Part shown: positions 54,783 through 64,000 of the stretch, piece by piece
Numbering within the stretch: the first letter of the stretch is position 1
Layout of the letters: every line of letters starts with the position of its first letter
Virus record (IMG/VR): IMGVR_UViG_3300040751_002535
Origin: a virus
DNA: 64,000 bases
Reading direction: 5' to 3' (one strand)
Program-made: the position numbers and the translations under genes
Notes under the pieces: model-generated
Database searches by the model: none
Seen by the model: the letters and a program-made list of their open reading frames with translations, nothing else
Told to the model about the DNA's origin: nothing

Positions 54783-55307
54783 ATGATTCACGCAATGATC
54801 GACTTAGAAACACTAGATGTAACTCCACAAGCAACTGTGCTTACAGTTGGCGGTGTAAAGTTTGATCCCAACAGTGATGCTGAACCGCACAGTGAGTTTT
54901 ACTACAAACTGGATCTAGACTCACAAGATCGTAGTGTAAATGATAGCACTATTGCTTGGTGGGGTCAGCAGGATCAAAAAGTACAAGACGAAGCATTTGG
55001 CACTGAAGGACGAGAGCACGTTGATGTGTTTTTAGATAGTTTGCCAAAGTGGATGGTAGGTGTAGATGTTCTTTGGGGACACGGATACGGTTTTGATATT
55101 ACTATTATTGAAGATATGTTGCGGCAGCGTGGCAAAGGTATTCCATGGCAGTTTTGGCAGGTGCGAGATAGTAGAACATTGTTCAGCATGGCAAAAGTAG
55201 ATCCACGCAAAGCAATGCAAAGTAACTTGCACAATGCACTGGCAGATGCATATTTCCAAGCAAAAGGTGTGCAAATGGTATACAAAGAGTTAGGAATACA
55301 GCGTTGA
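54783..55307 (+). CDS. 3'-5' exonuclease, DEDDh (DexA/Rv2179c-like)
   Basis: MIDLETL, G..FD, RDSRT, HNALADA. Confidence 0.85.
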   Translation: MIHAMIDLETLDVTPQATVLTVGGVKFDPNSDAEPHSEFYYKLDLDSQDRSVNDSTIAWWGQQDQKVQDEAFGTEGREHVDVFLDSLPKWMVGVDVLWGHGYGFDITIIEDMLRQRGKGIPWQFWQVRDSRTLFSMAKVDPRKAMQSNLHNALADAYFQAKGVQMVYKELGIQR

Positions 55308-55468
55308 TACGATGGTATGATTATCCAGCAGCGTTTTTAGCCGCAGACTTAATGATGACTGCTGCATTTAGTATTCCCTGGATTGGATTCGTTGTTGCAT
55401 ATGCTATGTACGAATATGGCTGGGAAGCATATTGTAACTGGAGGCTCAAGCAAGAATATGGAAGATAG
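55304..55468 (+). CDS. 54-aa membrane protein (not in ORF track)
   Basis: TTG start after AGGA; MIRWYDYPAAFLAADLMM...WRLKQEYGR. Confidence 0.5.
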   Translation: MIRWYDYPAAFLAADLMMTAAFSIPWIGFVVAYAMYEYGWEAYCNWRLKQEYGR

Positions 55469-55736
55469 TCCTATAAACACACTGCAACAGCTGATGTGTA
55501 TTACCATGGAAGAGTGTGGAGAACTAACACAACGTTGTAGCAAGATAATGCGTAAATACGAATCTTTTGACTTGATTGAAGAAGCTCAACGTGTTAAACT
55601 AGTAGAAGAGATCGGCGATGTACATTGTATGATCGAACTAATGGTAGGACATGGCATTACAGACTGGCGTGAACTGCATGATCGTGCAGATGTAAAGAAA
55701 AACAAACTTAAAAAGTGGAGCACACTGATTAAATGA
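55458..55736 (+). CDS. MazG-like nucleotide pyrophosphohydrolase
   Basis: MEECGEL...SK..R...EEIGDV; GGAGG RBS. Confidence 0.75.
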   Translation: MEDSPINTLQQLMCITMEECGELTQRCSKIMRKYESFDLIEEAQRVKLVEEIGDVHCMIELMVGHGITDWRELHDRADVKKNKLKKWSTLIK

Positions 55737-56245
55737 AAGTGTATATAGGATCATATCCTAATCATAGGTTTTATCACAACTGGTTATACAACTGGTTTGG
55801 GTATTCACCTAAGCAACGAACAAGTATAAAGATCCACAAATACGATACGTGGAGTATGGATGATACTCTTGCTCCTATTATCTTGCCTATGCTTGTACAG
55901 CTAAGAGCTACAAAGAACGGCGCTCCTATGGTAGACATGAAAGATGTTCCAAAAGAACTACGTGCTACTAAAAAGCAACTGCACGCCGAGCAAGACGGTG
56001 AGGTAGATCCCAAGCACTTCGAACGTTGGGATTGGATCCTAGACGAAATGATTTGGGCGTTTGAACAAAAGTGCCGTGATGATTGGCAAGATGATTATTA
56101 TGGCGACTATGTTGAAGATCCAAAGAATGGACCGATGGCTGGTAGTTTTGAATGGATTGACCATGAAGGACGGAAAGTACATCAGGAAAGAATGAGCAAC
56201 GGCTTCCGTCTGTTCGGACGATACTACGAAAATTTATGGACGTAA
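55733..56245 (+). CDS. conserved hypothetical phage protein
   Basis: YDTWSMD.TLA...WDWILDEMIWAF...G.RLFG.YY.NLW. Confidence 0.7.
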   Translation: MKVYIGSYPNHRFYHNWLYNWFGYSPKQRTSIKIHKYDTWSMDDTLAPIILPMLVQLRATKNGAPMVDMKDVPKELRATKKQLHAEQDGEVDPKHFERWDWILDEMIWAFEQKCRDDWQDDYYGDYVEDPKNGPMAGSFEWIDHEGRKVHQERMSNGFRLFGRYYENLWT

Positions 56246-56255
56246 AGAGGAAGAA

Positions 56256-56354
56256 ATGATAAGTAACAAAAAATATCTTAGACTTCAGCGTATTACATTA
56301 CCACTAGTGGGTATTTTAATGTTTGTTGGAACTATCTTTATGTTGATATCTTAA
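56256..56354 (+). CDS. 32-aa single-TM peptide
   Basis: GAGGA RBS; MISNKKYLRLQRITLPLVGILMFVGTIFMLIS. Confidence 0.45.
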   Translation: MISNKKYLRLQRITLPLVGILMFVGTIFMLIS

Positions 56355-56387
56355 CACGGAGTGAAAGACTATGAGTGAAGATCTTCT

Positions 56388-56459
56388 AAAGCAACTACGC
56401 AACGTATGAGCAACGGTTTTAAGTTGTTTGGGACTTACTTTGAGAACTTGTGGGACTGA
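56388..56459 (+). pseudogene. duplicated C-terminal relic of the 55733-56245 gene
   Basis: QRMSNGFKLFGTYFENLWD* vs ERMSNGFRLFGRYYENLWT*. Confidence 0.7.
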
Positions 56460-56463
56460 TAGG

Positions 56464-56637
56464 ATGAAAAAACTTTGGAGACTGTGGGCAAAAAGCCTCG
56501 GTGAAAAAGTCGGAGAAACAGACAGCCAAGCAGACAGTGTGGCTGTTATTAGAACCATTTGGTGGTTGACACATATGGTAACTTGCTTTATGATTATTAT
56601 ACATAATGGCGCAAAATTAGGATGGTGGTTAAATTGA
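56464..56637 (+). CDS. small membrane protein
   Basis: MKKLWRLWAKSLGEK...AD.VA.IRT, hydrophobic C-terminus. Confidence 0.6.
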   Translation: MKKLWRLWAKSLGEKVGETDSQADSVAVIRTIWWLTHMVTCFMIIIHNGAKLGWWLN

Positions 56638-57548
56638 AAGAACTCTGGGTAGAAAAATATAGACCTAAAACAGTAGATGGGTATGTGTTTCGAGATGAAG
56701 CACAAAAAGCACAAGTAAACACTTGGATCAAAGACGCAAGCATTCCGCATTTGCTGTTTAGTGGCAATGCCGGAATTGGTAAAACAACACTTGCTAAACT
56801 GTTGTTCAACGAACTTGATGTAAATCCTCTTGATATTCTTGAGATCAACGCAAGTCGTACAAACAGCGTTGAAGATGTGCGAGACAAGATTGTTTCGTTT
56901 GTACAGATGATTCCATTTGGTGACTTTAAAGTTGTATTACTTGATGAGGCTGATTACTTGTCGCCAAACGCACAAGCAGCACTACGTGGTGTTATGGAAG
57001 AGTATCATACTACAGCACGTTTTATTCTAACATGCAACTATCCCAACAGAATCATTCCTGCGATTCACAGTCGTTGTCAAGGGTTTCATATCGCTAAAGT
57101 TGATCAAACAGAATTTACTGCCAGAGTTGCAACTATTCTTATCACAGAAGGTATTACTCCAGACTTGGACACATTGGACACTTATGTAAAAGCAACATAT
57201 CCAGACTTGCGCAAGTGTATCAACATGGTACAAATGAATTCAGTAGACGGCAAGTTGATATCACCACAAGAAGGCGACAGCGGCGAAGCTGACTGGAAAC
57301 TTGAAATGGTTGAACTGTTCAAAGCAGGCAAGATTCATGATGCAAGAAAACTGTTGTGCGGCGCGGTACGAGCAGAAGAAATGGAAGAGATTTATCGCTG
57401 GTTGTATGACAACATTGAGTTGTTCGGAACAGATGCTCAACAGGATCAAGCAGTGCTAATTATTAAGCAAGGGTTAGTTGATCATACACTAGTTGTAGAT
57501 CCAGAGATTAATCTTGCAGCAACACTTATTCGATTAGGAGCACTATGA
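56634..57548 (+). CDS. sliding-clamp loader AAA+ subunit (T4 gp44/RFC-like)
   Basis: [23 protein letters not shown]. Confidence 0.92.
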   Translation: MKELWVEKYRPKTVDGYVFRDEAQKAQVNTWIKDASIPHLLFSGNAGIGKTTLAKLLFNELDVNPLDILEINASRTNSVEDVRDKIVSFVQMIPFGDFKVVLLDEADYLSPNAQAALRGVMEEYHTTARFILTCNYPNRIIPAIHSRCQGFHIAKVDQTEFTARVATILITEGITPDLDTLDTYVKATYPDLRKCINMVQMNSVDGKLISPQEGDSGEADWKLEMVELFKAGKIHDARKLLCGAVRAEEMEEIYRWLYDNIELFGTDAQQDQAVLIIKQGLVDHTLVVDPEINLAATLIRLGAL

Positions 57549-57886
57549 CTTACATTGTAAATGATGCATGTATTAAATGCAAACACATGGACTGTGTAGA
57601 AGTTTGTCCAGTAGATTGTTTTTACGAAGGTGAAAACATGTTGGTAATAAATCCGATTGAATGTATTGACTGTGGTGTTTGTGAGCCAGAATGTCCTGCA
57701 GATGCAATTCTTCCTGATACAGCACCTGGTGCAGCAGAGTGGGTTGACTTTAATCAAAAGTATGCAGACTTGTGGCCCGTGATTACAGAAATGCGTCCCG
57801 AAGACGTACCAGATGATGCAGAAGAATGGCACGGCGTAAAAAATAAAATGGAGCACTTTAGCGAGGCTCCGGGCAAAGGAGATTAA
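57545..57886 (+). CDS. fdxA: 7Fe ferredoxin (FdxA type)
   Basis: [19 protein letters not shown]...[12 protein letters not shown]...FSEAPG. Confidence 0.92.
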   Translation: MTYIVNDACIKCKHMDCVEVCPVDCFYEGENMLVINPIECIDCGVCEPECPADAILPDTAPGAAEWVDFNQKYADLWPVITEMRPEDVPDDAEEWHGVKNKMEHFSEAPGKGD

Positions 57887-58075
57887 ATGTTTAGTAAACA
57901 ATGCAAAGCACACTTAGAAGAAGTAGAAATGACAGGGTGGCAGCATATGAAACACGCTCTTGGTATTGCATTTAAAATGCAACTTCTAGTACCTGTCATA
58001 ATCATACATAGTATTGCACCAAGATTTTTTAAAACTACTGCAACTGATACAATGAAACGGATAATCAATGATTAG
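57887..58075 (+). CDS. DUF6356-like small protein
   Basis: HL......QH...A...IH...P..F..TA. Confidence 0.55.
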   Translation: MFSKQCKAHLEEVEMTGWQHMKHALGIAFKMQLLVPVIIIHSIAPRFFKTTATDTMKRIIND

Positions 58076-58550
58076 AGCAATTTTAGCATGTGACGACAAC
58101 TGGGGAATCGGCAAAGACGGAACACTTCCGTGGCCACACAACCCAGCAGATCAGCAATGGTTTAAAGAATGTACTCTAAATAGTACAGTAGTTATGGGAA
58201 GAGCAACTTGGGATGATCCTGACATGCCCAAGCCTATGCCCAGACGACACAATGTTATTGTATCAAGCACCATGCGAGAAAACAGTCACGAGCGCATTGA
58301 AGTAGTACGTCCTGACATTTACAAGTCTCGTTGTGTTACTATGAACATGACAGATGATGTTTGGATCATTGGCGGCGCAAGATTGATTGCTGATAGCCTT
58401 GACATCATTGACGAGATTTGGCTTAGCCGTATTAGTGGCACATACGACTGCGATACATTCCTTCCTCGAGAATTGATTGAAACTACATTTAGTCTTGTTA
58501 GCAGCCAACGAGAAAACCATGTATATATAGATAAGTGGAGATCATATTGA
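58068..58550 (+). CDS. folA: dihydrofolate reductase
   Basis: IGKDGTLPW, VVMGR.TW, P.P.R.N, IIGGA, CDTF. Confidence 0.92.
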   Translation: MIRAILACDDNWGIGKDGTLPWPHNPADQQWFKECTLNSTVVMGRATWDDPDMPKPMPRRHNVIVSSTMRENSHERIEVVRPDIYKSRCVTMNMTDDVWIIGGARLIADSLDIIDEIWLSRISGTYDCDTFLPRELIETTFSLVSSQRENHVYIDKWRSY

Positions 58551-59413
58551 AACAGTATTTAGACGCATTAGAATATATTTTAGAGCACGGCAAAGATCGT
58601 AATGATAGGACAGGTGTAGGCACACGTGGTGTGTTTGGTTATCAAATGCGTTTTGATTTACGCAATGAGTTTCCTGCTGTCACTACAAAGAAACTTGCTT
58701 GGCGTAGTGTAGTAAGCGAACTACTATGGTTCTTAGAAGGTAGCAGTGACGAGCGCAGGCTGGCTGAAATTCATTATGGTAAGCCACGTGAAGAACTAGT
58801 AGACAAAACAACTATTTGGACTGCTAATGCAGACAATCAAGGTGCTACATTAGGATATATCAACAACGATACTACAAAAGATTTGGGTCCAGTATATGGA
58901 CACCAATGGCGCACCTGGGATGCACAACTTGGACATGTAGATCAAATTGCACAAGTGTTAGAAGGTCTTAAACACGATCCTGATAGTAGAAGGCACATTG
59001 TTTCTGCTTGGAACGCTGATCGTGTACCTGTAATGGCATTGCCACCTTGTCATACCATGTTCCAGTTTTACGTGCAGGACGGAGAACTAAGCTGTCAACT
59101 TTATCAGCGCAGTGCTGATATGTTCCTAGGTGTGCCTTTTAATATTGCAAGTTATAGTTTGCTGGTACACATGTTTGCACATCTCTTAGAATTAAAAGTA
59201 GGTGACTTTGTTTGGACTGGTGGCGATTGTCATATCTATCAAAATCACTTTGATCAAGTCAAAGAACAACTTACTCGTGAACCACGCAACGGACCAACAC
59301 TTCTGATGCCTAAGTTTAGCACATTAGAAGAACTTGTTAATACTAGTACAAATGATTATCAGTTATTAAACTACGATCCTATGCTTAGTATCAAAGCACC
59401 AATGGCAGTGTAA
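58547..59413 (+). CDS. thyA: thymidylate synthase
   Basis: DRTGVGT, ELLWFL, SRR, LPPCH, QRSADMFLGVPFN, HIY.NH. Confidence 0.95.
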   Translation: MKQYLDALEYILEHGKDRNDRTGVGTRGVFGYQMRFDLRNEFPAVTTKKLAWRSVVSELLWFLEGSSDERRLAEIHYGKPREELVDKTTIWTANADNQGATLGYINNDTTKDLGPVYGHQWRTWDAQLGHVDQIAQVLEGLKHDPDSRRHIVSAWNADRVPVMALPPCHTMFQFYVQDGELSCQLYQRSADMFLGVPFNIASYSLLVHMFAHLLELKVGDFVWTGGDCHIYQNHFDQVKEQLTREPRNGPTLLMPKFSTLEELVNTSTNDYQLLNYDPMLSIKAPMAV

Positions 59414-59670
59414 TGCCGCCAACAGTTGAAATAGATATTGAATGGACTGAAAAGTATGCATGGTGGCCAACACGCAGCAGTTGGAGTAAAAAGCGTATCT
59501 GGTTGAAAACGTATTGGAAAGGCGAAATATTCTATGACGCTATGGGTCGTCCGCCTATTAAACAAAGTAGTTGGAAACTCACCTATACTGAAAATGAGTA
59601 CTTGTTGATGTTGTTAAGAGAGGATGCTAAAAATCAACATCCTCTCGGGTTTAAAAGTGTTAGAGTTTAA
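59413..59670 (+). CDS. hypothetical protein
   Basis: Trp-rich 85 aa, TAATG coupling. Confidence 0.55.
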   Translation: MPPTVEIDIEWTEKYAWWPTRSSWSKKRIWLKTYWKGEIFYDAMGRPPIKQSSWKLTYTENEYLLMLLREDAKNQHPLGFKSVRV

Positions 59671-60404
59671 ACGTCTCCGTAAATCTCTAATACTTCTTTA
59701 ACTGCTTCATGTCTTTCGATGTCGCCTTTATGAAACACAACAGTACTAATACGTCTTGATGAGCTGTTTTCTAAATGGTTAACAAAGTCAAGTAATCCGT
59801 TATCTTTTAATCTATCTGCTTGAGCCAAATCACCTGTAACAACCATTTTTGATCCTGTGCCTATACGTGTTAACAACATTTTCATTTGGTTCGGTGTAGC
59901 ATTTTGCATTTCGTCTGCAATAATATAAGCATCTTTAAAAGTTCTTCCTCGCATATATGCAAGTGGTGATATTTCAATAACACCTTCTTTTATCATACCT
60001 TCAATTTCATTTGCATAAAAATGTTCTCTAAATACATCAAAAATAGGCCTAGTCCAAGGTGCCATTTTTTCTTCTAATGTACCTGGTAGAAAACCTAAAT
60101 CTTCATCAGCACTTACTGCCGGCCTTGTAACAACTATACGTTCTACTTCGCCATTTAAAAATGCTTTAACAGCACTCTGACATGCCAGAAGTGTTTTACC
60201 TGTACCAGCTGGACCAATACCAAAAACTATGTTTTTATCCGTATCCAGTAGTTCTAGGACGTATTCTTCTTGGTTGCGATTTCTTGGAAGTATATCAACA
60301 TTTCGTTGTTTTTTTGGAAGGAAAGTGTTTAGTTTAACAACATTATTAATGTTATTATTTGATTTAATGTGTGCTTGCCTTTTAGCGGCTCTAGCTTTAC
60401 CCAT
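59667..60404 (-). CDS. phoH: PhoH-like ATPase
   Basis: GPAGTGKT, TRP, LGFLPG, YMRGRT, DEMQN, GD..Q.D. Confidence 0.93.
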   Translation of the reverse strand: MGKARAAKRQAHIKSNNNINNVVKLNTFLPKKQRNVDILPRNRNQEEYVLELLDTDKNIVFGIGPAGTGKTLLACQSAVKAFLNGEVERIVVTRPAVSADEDLGFLPGTLEEKMAPWTRPIFDVFREHFYANEIEGMIKEGVIEISPLAYMRGRTFKDAYIIADEMQNATPNQMKMLLTRIGTGSKMVVTGDLAQADRLKDNGLLDFVNHLENSSSRRISTVVFHKGDIERHEAVKEVLEIYGDV

Positions 60405-60426
60405 GTAGTCCTCCTATGAGTTAGAA

Positions 60427-60472
60427 CAGGGGATGTTTCCTTTGCAGGAAACCTTCCCTGCACTCGTATTTA
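60427..60472 (-). promoter_or_regulatory. late promoter and 5' GCAA-tetraloop hairpin of phoH
   Basis: TAAATA (60467-60472, minus strand), then a GTTTCCT-GCAA-AGGAAAC stem extended by CAGGGA-type pairing. Confidence 0.5.
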
Positions 60473-60532
60473 CTCTTTTTATGATTGTATTATATACGTA
60501 GTGAATTATTTTATTAACATTACTATAGGTGA

Positions 60533-60538
60533 TAAATA
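60533..60538 (+). promoter_or_regulatory. T4-like late promoter
   Basis: TAAATA upstream of GAGGA RBS and ATG 60562. Confidence 0.55.
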
Positions 60539-60561
60539 GTTATAATAAAGCGAGGACAACA

Positions 60562-61137
60562 ATGCCTAATATATTAGACACTCTTGATGTGATAGAAAAT
60601 CTTAGTTCGATCTATGAAAACGATCGTGCGTTTGCAGTACTTAAAGACTTTGAAAGAGTCATTGATGAGTTAGGGTTGTATGTGTATGACAACTGGGAAG
60701 AAGGCGAACTAGCAGCTGGCCCAGAAATAGATCGTCACTGGGTCAAATGTAGTTTTATGTGGCCAAGAAAACGTATGCCTGACCCACAAGGTGGTAAGCG
60801 TTTGCTTGATTATGATTGTAAAATACAATATGAAAAATCAAGTATCATTAAACCACGTCAAATAAAAAAACCAGGAGATATTCGTCCTGGAACTAAAAAA
60901 GGTAAACTTGATAAAGTTCCAGTATGGTTAGTGCATATAACTATGCCTAAAAAACTAATCATTAGTATTTTTGGTGGAGATGTTGAAACTATCGATCTAC
61001 CAGATACTGAAAGTAAAAATGCAGCAGGTGCACCAGCACCAGCAGGTGGAGCAATGCCAGCACCAATAGCAGCACCAGCACCAGTAGGTGGAGCAGCACC
61101 AGCCGCTGTCGCTGCGCCAGCACCAGGAGCAGTATAA
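60562..61137 (+). CDS. conserved hypothetical phage protein with Ala/Pro-rich tail
   Basis: LKDFERVID...NW..GEL..GP...MPDP.GG.RL. Confidence 0.65.
   Translation: MPNILDTLDVIENLSSIYENDRAFAVLKDFERVIDELGLYVYDNWEEGELAAGPEIDRHWVKCSFMWPRKRMPDPQGGKRLLDYDCKIQYEKSSIIKPRQIKKPGDIRPGTKKGKLDKVPVWLVHITMPKKLIISIFGGDVETIDLPDTESKNAAGAPAPAGGAMPAPIAAPAPVGGAAPAAVAAPAPGAV
61030..61095 (+). repeat. 24-bp near-perfect direct repeat (42-nt period) encoding APAP(A/V)GGA
   Basis: GCACCAGCACCAG(C/T)AGGTGGAGCA at 61030-61053 and 61072-61095. Confidence 0.8.
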
Positions 61138-61856
61138 TGGGATTAAGAGCCAACGATTTACACGACTTAGTAAAACCAGTTTTTGAAGTAGATAGTTTTC
61201 AAAGTAAAATGGGAACAGATGAGGATATTGTAGTAGTAAGTTTTAGTGTATTAGATGAACAAGCTGCAAAAGATCTTGTAGATTTTATTGAAAAAGGTTA
61301 TGGATTTGTATTAGATGCAGATGCAACACCTGGCGAAATTGAAAATAATGTTTATAAAGTATTTGTAGAAATGGAAAGAAATGCCAAAGTTCCTGCAAAT
61401 ATTTCAAACTTGTTAGACGGAGTTGGAAAATTAGCAGAAATCGAAAACTTTAGATTTCGCTATCATAAAAGTTTTACAAGTTACGAAGCAAATGTAACAA
61501 ATCTATCAGAAATGATACCAGCGGATCAATTTATCTACAACGATACTATTGTACAAGAAAATAATATGAATCACTTTAAAGACTTTTTTAGCAAGAGCTT
61601 TATGGAAAATATTGAAATATTTGGAGATGATTTAATTCTTAAAAGACCGTTTGGCGATGCTATTGGACTTACTATAAAAGATTTTAACACTACTCATTAT
61701 ATAAATAAAAATTTAACTGAAAAAATAAACATGAATGATTATGCAGAAATATTATTTTTAACTAAATATCTTGGTGATTACAATGTTACTAAATTTGGTA
61801 AAAATACACTAACGTTTGAAAACGAAGGACACACACTTGTCGTTGAAAGACTTTAA
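61137..61856 (+). CDS. conserved hypothetical phage protein
   Basis: GL...DL...D.F.SKMG.D.D.VV.SF...GY.FVLDAD..PGE. Confidence 0.65.
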   Translation: MGLRANDLHDLVKPVFEVDSFQSKMGTDEDIVVVSFSVLDEQAAKDLVDFIEKGYGFVLDADATPGEIENNVYKVFVEMERNAKVPANISNLLDGVGKLAEIENFRFRYHKSFTSYEANVTNLSEMIPADQFIYNDTIVQENNMNHFKDFFSKSFMENIEIFGDDLILKRPFGDAIGLTIKDFNTTHYINKNLTEKINMNDYAEILFLTKYLGDYNVTKFGKNTLTFENEGHTLVVERL

Positions 61857-62007
61857 TAAGAATCACTGCAACAACTGCGGACGTCCATCACATTGTGGCG
61901 TTCCATACTATCAAGACTTACAAGACTATAATCAGCCGCCAGTTACAACTAAAATATGTGACCATTGTAGATGCGGACGCTGTACTAATATAGAGGATAA
62001 CAAATAA
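61837..62007 (+). CDS. small Cys-rich zinc-binding protein
   Basis: CNNCG..SHCG...CDHCRC..C. Confidence 0.6.
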   Translation: MSLKDFNKNHCNNCGRPSHCGVPYYQDLQDYNQPPVTTKICDHCRCGRCTNIEDNK

Positions 62008-62870
62008 TGGCTAAAGAAGATTTCGACTTTGATTTTGAGCCTTGGATGGCTGAAGAACTAATCCACAGAAGCGACTGGGAAGAATGGTATGAAGCTATGC
62101 TTGAAATACTTCCACTATGGGATGTAAACACAATACCAAGAGTTGCAGGATTTATTGCACAATGCGGACACGAATCAGGCGGTTTTAGGGTACTAAGTGA
62201 AAACTTAAACTATAGTGCTAAGGCACTCAACACAATCTTTCCAAAATATTTTAAACGTGCAGGAAGAGATGCAAATGAATATCATAGACAACCTGAAAAA
62301 ATTGCGAACGTTATTTACGCAAACAGAATGGACAACGGCGATACCGACAGTGGTGATGGCTGGAGATTTAGGGGCGGCGGCATTCTGCAACTTACCGGCA
62401 GATACAACTATACCGAGTTCGCCGAAGACGTAGAAATGACACCAGAAGAAGCAGTAGATTATGTGCGTACTAAAAAAGGTGCGTTGGATAGTGCTTGCTG
62501 GTTCTGGGATGAAAACAACATCAACAAACACTGCGATGCTATGGACATACTAAAAATGACCAAACGTATCAACGGCGGCACTATTGGACTGGAAGATCGT
62601 AAAAAGCATTGGGCACACGCATTAGATGTGCTAGGTGGCGATATGGAAATTGAACCGGAAGAAGAAAAAGAGTTAAACACAAATCAAACAATACGTCAAG
62701 GTTCACGTGGTCCATTAGTACAAGAAGTACAAGAAATACTGGGCATTGCACCAGCTGATGGCATCTTTGGACCAGGCACTGCTAGACTTGTCAAAGAATG
62801 GCAAGCAGCAAACGGCTTAGTTGCAGATGGTATTGTAGGACCAAACACGCTGGGAAAGTTATTAGGGTAG
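62007..62870 (+). CDS. endolysin: GH19 domain plus C-terminal peptidoglycan-binding domain
   Basis: FIAQCGHES, ENLNYS, FRGGG..QLTG..NY, RINGG..GL; ADGIFGPGT...ADGIVGP.T. Confidence 0.9.
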   Translation: MAKEDFDFDFEPWMAEELIHRSDWEEWYEAMLEILPLWDVNTIPRVAGFIAQCGHESGGFRVLSENLNYSAKALNTIFPKYFKRAGRDANEYHRQPEKIANVIYANRMDNGDTDSGDGWRFRGGGILQLTGRYNYTEFAEDVEMTPEEAVDYVRTKKGALDSACWFWDENNINKHCDAMDILKMTKRINGGTIGLEDRKKHWAHALDVLGGDMEIEPEEEKELNTNQTIRQGSRGPLVQEVQEILGIAPADGIFGPGTARLVKEWQAANGLVADGIVGPNTLGKLLG

Positions 62871-62881
62871 GTGGTATTGGT

Positions 62882-63370
62882 ATGGGCATGAAACTTGCAG
62901 GAGTAATGTTTTTAGTGATGTGTATTATGGGTGGCATAGGCTACTGGTATTACAATGACACACAGGAACGTATGGCCATACTACAAGAAAACAATGCTAA
63001 ACTTGAAATAGCTGTAGAAACAAACGAAGCAGCATTAGAAAGTTTGCAAACAAGTTATGCAAGTGCCCAAGCAGAAAATACTAGATTGAATGATGCATAT
63101 GCAAGTATACGCAGACAGAATCAAGCACTAGCAGACAAACTACAACAGATTGATTTAACAGCAGCAGCAATAGCAAATGCGGAAGGCATTGAACGTGCTG
63201 TAAACAGAGGCACTGAAAATGCAGGTAGATGTTTTGAACTTCTATCAGGAGCAGAACTAACGGACAAAGAAAGGAACGCAGAAAATGACATCGCTTTTAA
63301 CAAAGAGTGTCCTTGGCTTTACGATACTTATAAGTCTCGCGGCTTGCTCAACGAAGCCACAGGTAATTGA
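62882..63370 (+). CDS. i-spanin-like protein
   Basis: N-terminal TM helix plus long coiled coil, directly after the endolysin. Confidence 0.7.
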   Translation: MGMKLAGVMFLVMCIMGGIGYWYYNDTQERMAILQENNAKLEIAVETNEAALESLQTSYASAQAENTRLNDAYASIRRQNQALADKLQQIDLTAAAIANAEGIERAVNRGTENAGRCFELLSGAELTDKERNAENDIAFNKECPWLYDTYKSRGLLNEATGN

Positions 63371-63674
63371 AATAAGTGCAAAACCGATTGAAAAACCTAC
63401 ACTAACTCTGCCTCCTGTTGACGAACTAAACATGCGCAAACTAGAGTGGATTGTTATCAACGAAGCAAATGTTGATACTGTAATAGCAAGGCTTGCAGCA
63501 AGTGGAAAGCCGTTTGCTATATACGGATTAAGTGGTGACGGGTACGGAGACTTAGGGCTAAACTTTAGTGATATTCGTGCATTAGTACAGCAACAGCAAG
63601 CAATCATAGCAGCATACGAAGGTTATTATGAACAGGCTGAACAAGCAATGGATAATGCTGTTGTAAACGAATAA
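63285..63674 (+). CDS. o-spanin-like lipoprotein
   Basis: Lipobox LAAC, Pro-rich segment, overlaps the i-spanin 3' end. Confidence 0.75.
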   Translation: MTSLLTKSVLGFTILISLAACSTKPQVIEISAKPIEKPTLTLPPVDELNMRKLEWIVINEANVDTVIARLAASGKPFAIYGLSGDGYGDLGLNFSDIRALVQQQQAIIAAYEGYYEQAEQAMDNAVVNE

Positions 63675-63701
63675 ATACACACATAATAAGAGGGCTTTTA
63701 T

Positions 63702-64000
63702 ATGTGGGAAATGATACAAAACATGGCGGGAGATCGCACATGGATTTATACTAGTATAGCAGGCAGTATTTTGGGCGCCGTAGTACTAGCATATTTAAGT
63801 ACAACAAGAATAGGATTATGGGGCTACGCTAAGTTTGACTTAGCTGTAGACTATCTTGTTGAGCGTTGGGGTCTTACATGGCTCGAACAACCAGAGGATG
63901 CATGGAGAAAAAAGTATCCTAAAATCACGGCAAAAATAGACGATCTAGAGAGCAGATTACAAAAATTGGAGGGTAACAATGCCACGAAGAAAACCGGAAG
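63702..64000 (+). CDS. membrane protein, 3'-truncated by the window end
   Basis: After TAAATA (63672-63677) and GAGGG; MWEMIQNMAGDRTWIYTSIAGSILGAVVLAYL... Confidence 0.6.
   Translation, partial: MWEMIQNMAGDRTWIYTSIAGSILGAVVLAYLSTTRIGLWGYAKFDLAVDYLVERWGLTWLEQPEDAWRKKYPKITAKIDDLESRLQKLEGNNATKKTG

Noticed and set aside
56183-56459. Diversity-generating retroelement TR/VR pair
   Set aside because: The differences are not adenine-specific, the repeat is short, and there is no reverse transcriptase in the window.
1-64000. CRISPR array, integrase, transposase, intron or intein
   Set aside because: No regularly spaced repeats or mobile-element motifs were seen; ligase, thyA, phoH and clamp loader are of normal length and uninterrupted.

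Overview
A 64-kb segment of a large, AT-rich, T4-like (jumbo myovirus-type) phage genome. It is densely coded and almost entirely on the + strand. Spanins and a GH19 endolysin point to a Gram-negative host, and an FdxA-type ferredoxin suggests an alphaproteobacterium. Contents: an EcoRI/MunI-like endonuclease with a Dam-family methyltransferase; TilS; ClpP; six tRNAs (including an unusual Ser-ACT and a long-variable-arm Trp-CCA); an operon of three nucleotidyltransferases; many tailoring enzymes (8 radical SAM including 2 B12-dependent, about 4 2OG-Fe/cupin oxygenases, an amidinotransferase, a PLP enzyme, 4 SGNH proteins, glycosyltransferases, a nitroreductase, IscA, ferredoxin); DNA ligase; QueD; UvsE; baseplate/tail genes; a split DnaE fragment; GroES; clamp loader; DHFR/ThyA; PhoH; and a lysis cassette. 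The strongest signal outside standard annotation is near-total avoidance of AATT: by hand count none in the first 9.7 kb and 13 in the first 27.3 kb. This matches the specificity I infer from the residues of the phage's own R-M pair. Other highlights are leaderless early and late transcripts, a pseudoknot/anti-SD leader on queD, and an unannotated ArfA-like peptide. All calls come from reading motifs by eye; no searches were run.
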